Shown: one piece after another, positions 61,519 through 64,000 of the stretch | How the letters are laid out: every line of letters starts with the position of its first letter | Position numbering within the stretch: position 1 is the stretch's first letter | Assembly: GCA_045632345.1 (NCBI GenBank) | Contig: JAZQWM010000009.1 | Location: 1,730-65,729, forward strand | DNA from: Eubacteriales bacterium | GTDB lineage: Bacteria; Bacillota; Clostridia; Oscillospirales; CAG-272 | Length of the DNA stretch: 64,000 nt | Direction: 5' to 3' | Program-made: the position numbers and the translations under genes | Notes under the pieces: model-generated | What the model was told of the DNA's origin: nothing | The model's database searches: none | What the model saw: the letters and a program-made list of their open reading frames with translations, nothing else

Positions 61519-64000
61519 TTAGAGTGATGCTAAAGCATCAAGGATGCCTTGCTTTTGGCTTTCGTATTTTGCAAGCTTTGCTTTTTCGCCCTCAACTACC
61601 TTTTCAGGCGCTTTGTTTACAAACTCTGCGTTGGAAAGCTTCTTTACAAGTCTGTCTATTTCAACGTTTACCTTGTCAAGCTCGCCGTTTAAGCGTGCTT
61701 TTTCCTTTTCGGTATCAATCATTTCAGCCATTGGGATGTAGATTGTAGCCGCGTGAGTGATAATTTGAACTGCGTTTTCGCCTTGGTAGTCCTCAGTTAA
61801 TTCAACCTCGGAAGCAGATGCAAGCTTCTTAAAGAACTCGAATGTTGCCTCGTTGAAGCTGTCTGTATGCTTAGATGAAATGAAAACCTTTGCCTTTCTT
61901 GAAGGTGGAACGTTCATTTCTGTTCTTCTTTGACGAATAGCTTTAATTGTTTCAATTACTCTTTCCATAATTTCAAGCTCTGTGTCAAAATTATACTCAT
62001 TTTTAGACACAGGGTAGGATGAAATCATGATGCTTTCGCTTTCCTCAAAGTGTGGAAGTGAGAGGTAGATTTCCTCTGTGATAAATGGCATAAATGGATG
62101 TAGGAGCTTTAAGATGCTTTCAAGAACGTAAACGATAACGTTTTGTGAAACTAAGTTTGCTTCTGTTCCCTTAGCGGAAAGTGTTGTCTTTGAAAGCTCA
62201 ATATACCAGTCGCAGAATACGTCCCAGATAAAGTCGTAGATTTCGCCAAGAGCAATACCTAATTCGTATGAATCAAGGTTGTCTCTTACGCGCTTAATAA
62301 GTGAGTTAAGCTTGCCTAAAATCCATTTATCTTGGATACCGAGCTTACACTCGCATGGCATTTCAACCTTTTCAATATCAAGGTTCATCATTACGAAGCG
62401 GGCAGCATTCCAAAGCTTGTTAGCGAAGTTTCTTGCGCTTTCAATCTTTTCATCGCTGAAACGCATATCGTTTCCTGGGGAGTTGCCTGTTGCTAAAGCA
62501 AAGCGGAGTGCGTCTGCGCCGTATTTTTCAATAATTACAAGTGGGTCAATGCCGTTACCTAAGGATTTTGACATTTTTCTGCCTTGAGCATCACGAACAA
62601 GACCGTGGATAAGAACTGTGTCAAATGGCTTCTCTCCCATGTACTCAAGACCGCTGAAAATCATTCTTGATACCCAGAAGGTAATGATATCGTAGCCGGT
62701 AACAAGTGTATTTGTTGGGTAGAAGTATTTTAAGTCCTCTGTTTGGTTTGGCCAACCGAGTGTTGAGAATGGCCAGAGGGCGGATGAGAACCAGGTATCA
62801 AGTGTATCTGGGTCTTGGCGCATTTCCTTGCCGCACTTTGGACAAGTAGCCTTGCCTTCCTTTGTTACTACGATTTCATCGCAGTCATCGCAGTAGAATG
62901 CAGGAATTCTGTGTCCCCACCATAATTGACGGGAGATACACCAGTCTCTGATATTTTCCATCCAGTGGAAGTAGTTCTTTTCAAATCTTTCAGGAACGAA
63001 TTTGATGTCGCCGTTTCTTACCGCATCAATAGCAGGCTTTGCAAGTGGCTCCATTTTAACGAACCATTGGAGTGATACTCTTGGCTCAACGGTTGTGCCG
63101 CAACGGTAGCAGGTGCCTACGTTATGTGAGTAGTCCTCAACCTTGATCAAGAAGCCTTGCTCGTCAAGATCCTTAACGATTGCTTTTCTTGCTTCAAAGC
63201 GGTCCATACCCGCGTATGCTTGGTAGTCCTCTGTGATTTTTGCATCAGGAGTCATAACGTTAATAATTGGTAAATTATGACGCTTACCAACCTCAAAGTC
63301 GTTAGGGTCGTGGGCAGGAGTGATTTTAACTACGCCTGTACCGAAGTCCATTTCAACGTATTCGTCAGCAACTACCGGAATTTCACGGTTTACAAGTGGA
63401 ATAATGAGAGTTTTGCCGATAATGTCTTTGTATCTTTCATCGTTAGGGTTTACAGCTACTGCTGTATCGCCAAGCATTGTTTCAGGACGGGTTGTAGCAA
63501 ATTCAAGGTAACCGCTGCCGTCCTTGAATGGATACTTAATGTGCCAGAAGTGGCCTGCTTGATCCTCGTATTCTACCTCTGCATCGGAAATTGAGGTTAA
63601 GCAATGTGGACACCAGTTGATAATTCTTTCGCCACGGTAGATAAGTCCCTTATTGTAAAGGCGAACGAATACCTCTTTAACTGCCTCGGAGCAGCCCTCG
63701 TCCATTGTGAAGCGTTCTCTTGACCAGTCGCATGATGAGCCTAATTTTTTAAGCTGAGAAATAATTCTTCCGCCGTATTGCTCCTTCCATGCCCATGCTC
63801 TTTCAAGGAAGCCGTCTCTGCCGATATCGTCCTTTGTTACGCCGTCCTTACGCATAGCTTCAACGATTTTTGCTTCTGTTGCGATTGAAGCGTGGTCTGT
63901 GCCTGGGAGCCAAAGTGTTGAATAGCCGTTCATTCTCTTGTAGCGAATGAGGATATCTTGTAATGTGTTATCAAGGGCGTGTCCCATGTGGAGCTGACCT
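61519..64000 (-). CDS. valS: Valine--tRNA ligase, N-terminus beyond the window
   Basis: The frame stays open to the window edge (…[15 protein letters not shown] is the HIGH region). KMSKS motif as [10 protein letters not shown]; C-terminal coiled coil. Confidence 0.96.
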   Translation of the reverse strand, partial: GQLHMGHALDNTLQDILIRYKRMNGYSTLWLPGTDHASIATEAKIVEAMRKDGVTKDDIGRDGFLERAWAWKEQYGGRIISQLKKLGSSCDWSRERFTMDEGCSEAVKEVFVRLYNKGLIYRGERIINWCPHCLTSISDAEVEYEDQAGHFWHIKYPFKDGSGYLEFATTRPETMLGDTAVAVNPNDERYKDIIGKTLIIPLVNREIPVVADEYVEMDFGTGVVKITPAHDPNDFEVGKRHNLPIINVMTPDAKITEDYQAYAGMDRFEARKAIVKDLDEQGFLIKVEDYSHNVGTCYRCGTTVEPRVSLQWFVKMEPLAKPAIDAVRNGDIKFVPERFEKNYFHWMENIRDWCISRQLWWGHRIPAFYCDDCDEIVVTKEGKATCPKCGKEMRQDPDTLDTWFSSALWPFSTLGWPNQTEDLKYFYPTNTLVTGYDIITFWVSRMIFSGLEYMGEKPFDTVLIHGLVRDAQGRKMSKSLGNGIDPLVIIEKYGADALRFALATGNSPGNDMRFSDEKIESARNFANKLWNAARFVMMNLDIEKVEMPCECKLGIQDKWILGKLNSLIKRVRDNLDSYELGIALGEIYDFIWDVFCDWYIELSKTTLSAKGTEANLVSQNVIVYVLESILKLLHPFMPFITEEIYLSLPHFEESESIMISSYPVSKNEYNFDTELEIMERVIETIKAIRQRRTEMNVPPSRKAKVFISSKHTDSFNEATFEFFKKLASASEVELTEDYQGENAVQIITHAATIYIPMAEMIDTEKEKARLNGELDKVNVEIDRLVKKLSNAEFVNKAPEKVVEGEKAKLAKYESQKQGILDALASL

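Overview
The window looks like a low-GC Firmicutes (Clostridia-like) chromosomal core region. I see no rRNA, tRNA, CRISPR array, transposase or integrase. I support 52 protein-coding genes, all called by eye from motifs, since no searches could be run.

Housekeeping blocks:
- nfo-obg, rimM-trmD, rpmG-secE-nusG-rplK-rplA, rplM-rpsI, rpsO-pnp, ftsK, tilS-ftsH, valS
- a seven-gene shikimate/phenylalanine operon (pheA-aroB-aroC-aroE::aroK-aroQ-aroA-aroG)
- a nucleoside salvage operon (deoB-cdd-pdp)
- pfp followed by a DUF1846 gene, hpf, and a P-type Ca-ATPase

Main unusual content:
1. A family of five secreted or lipoprotein genes takes up about 14.5 kb. They are built from BspA-type leucine-rich repeats, repeated Cys3-His modules and, in four of them, a shared unassigned C-terminal domain. 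Three of them form a tandem array at 50.3-61.4 kb, and each copy has a conserved promoter layout and the same terminator stem.
2. A dense cluster of DnaA-box-like motifs, including a perfect 21-bp inverted repeat, lies in a 594-bp AT-rich gap between convergent genes at about 41.1 kb.
3. A cassette of about 1.07 kb carrying a methyltransferase gene is bounded by copies of the rpsI 3' end, stop codon included. Helically phased, iteron-like repeats sit next to one end.
4. The pnp 3' end is duplicated in a similar way, and the pnp leader contains a heptanucleotide-periodic tract.

The functional readings of these elements are inference and need computation or experiment.
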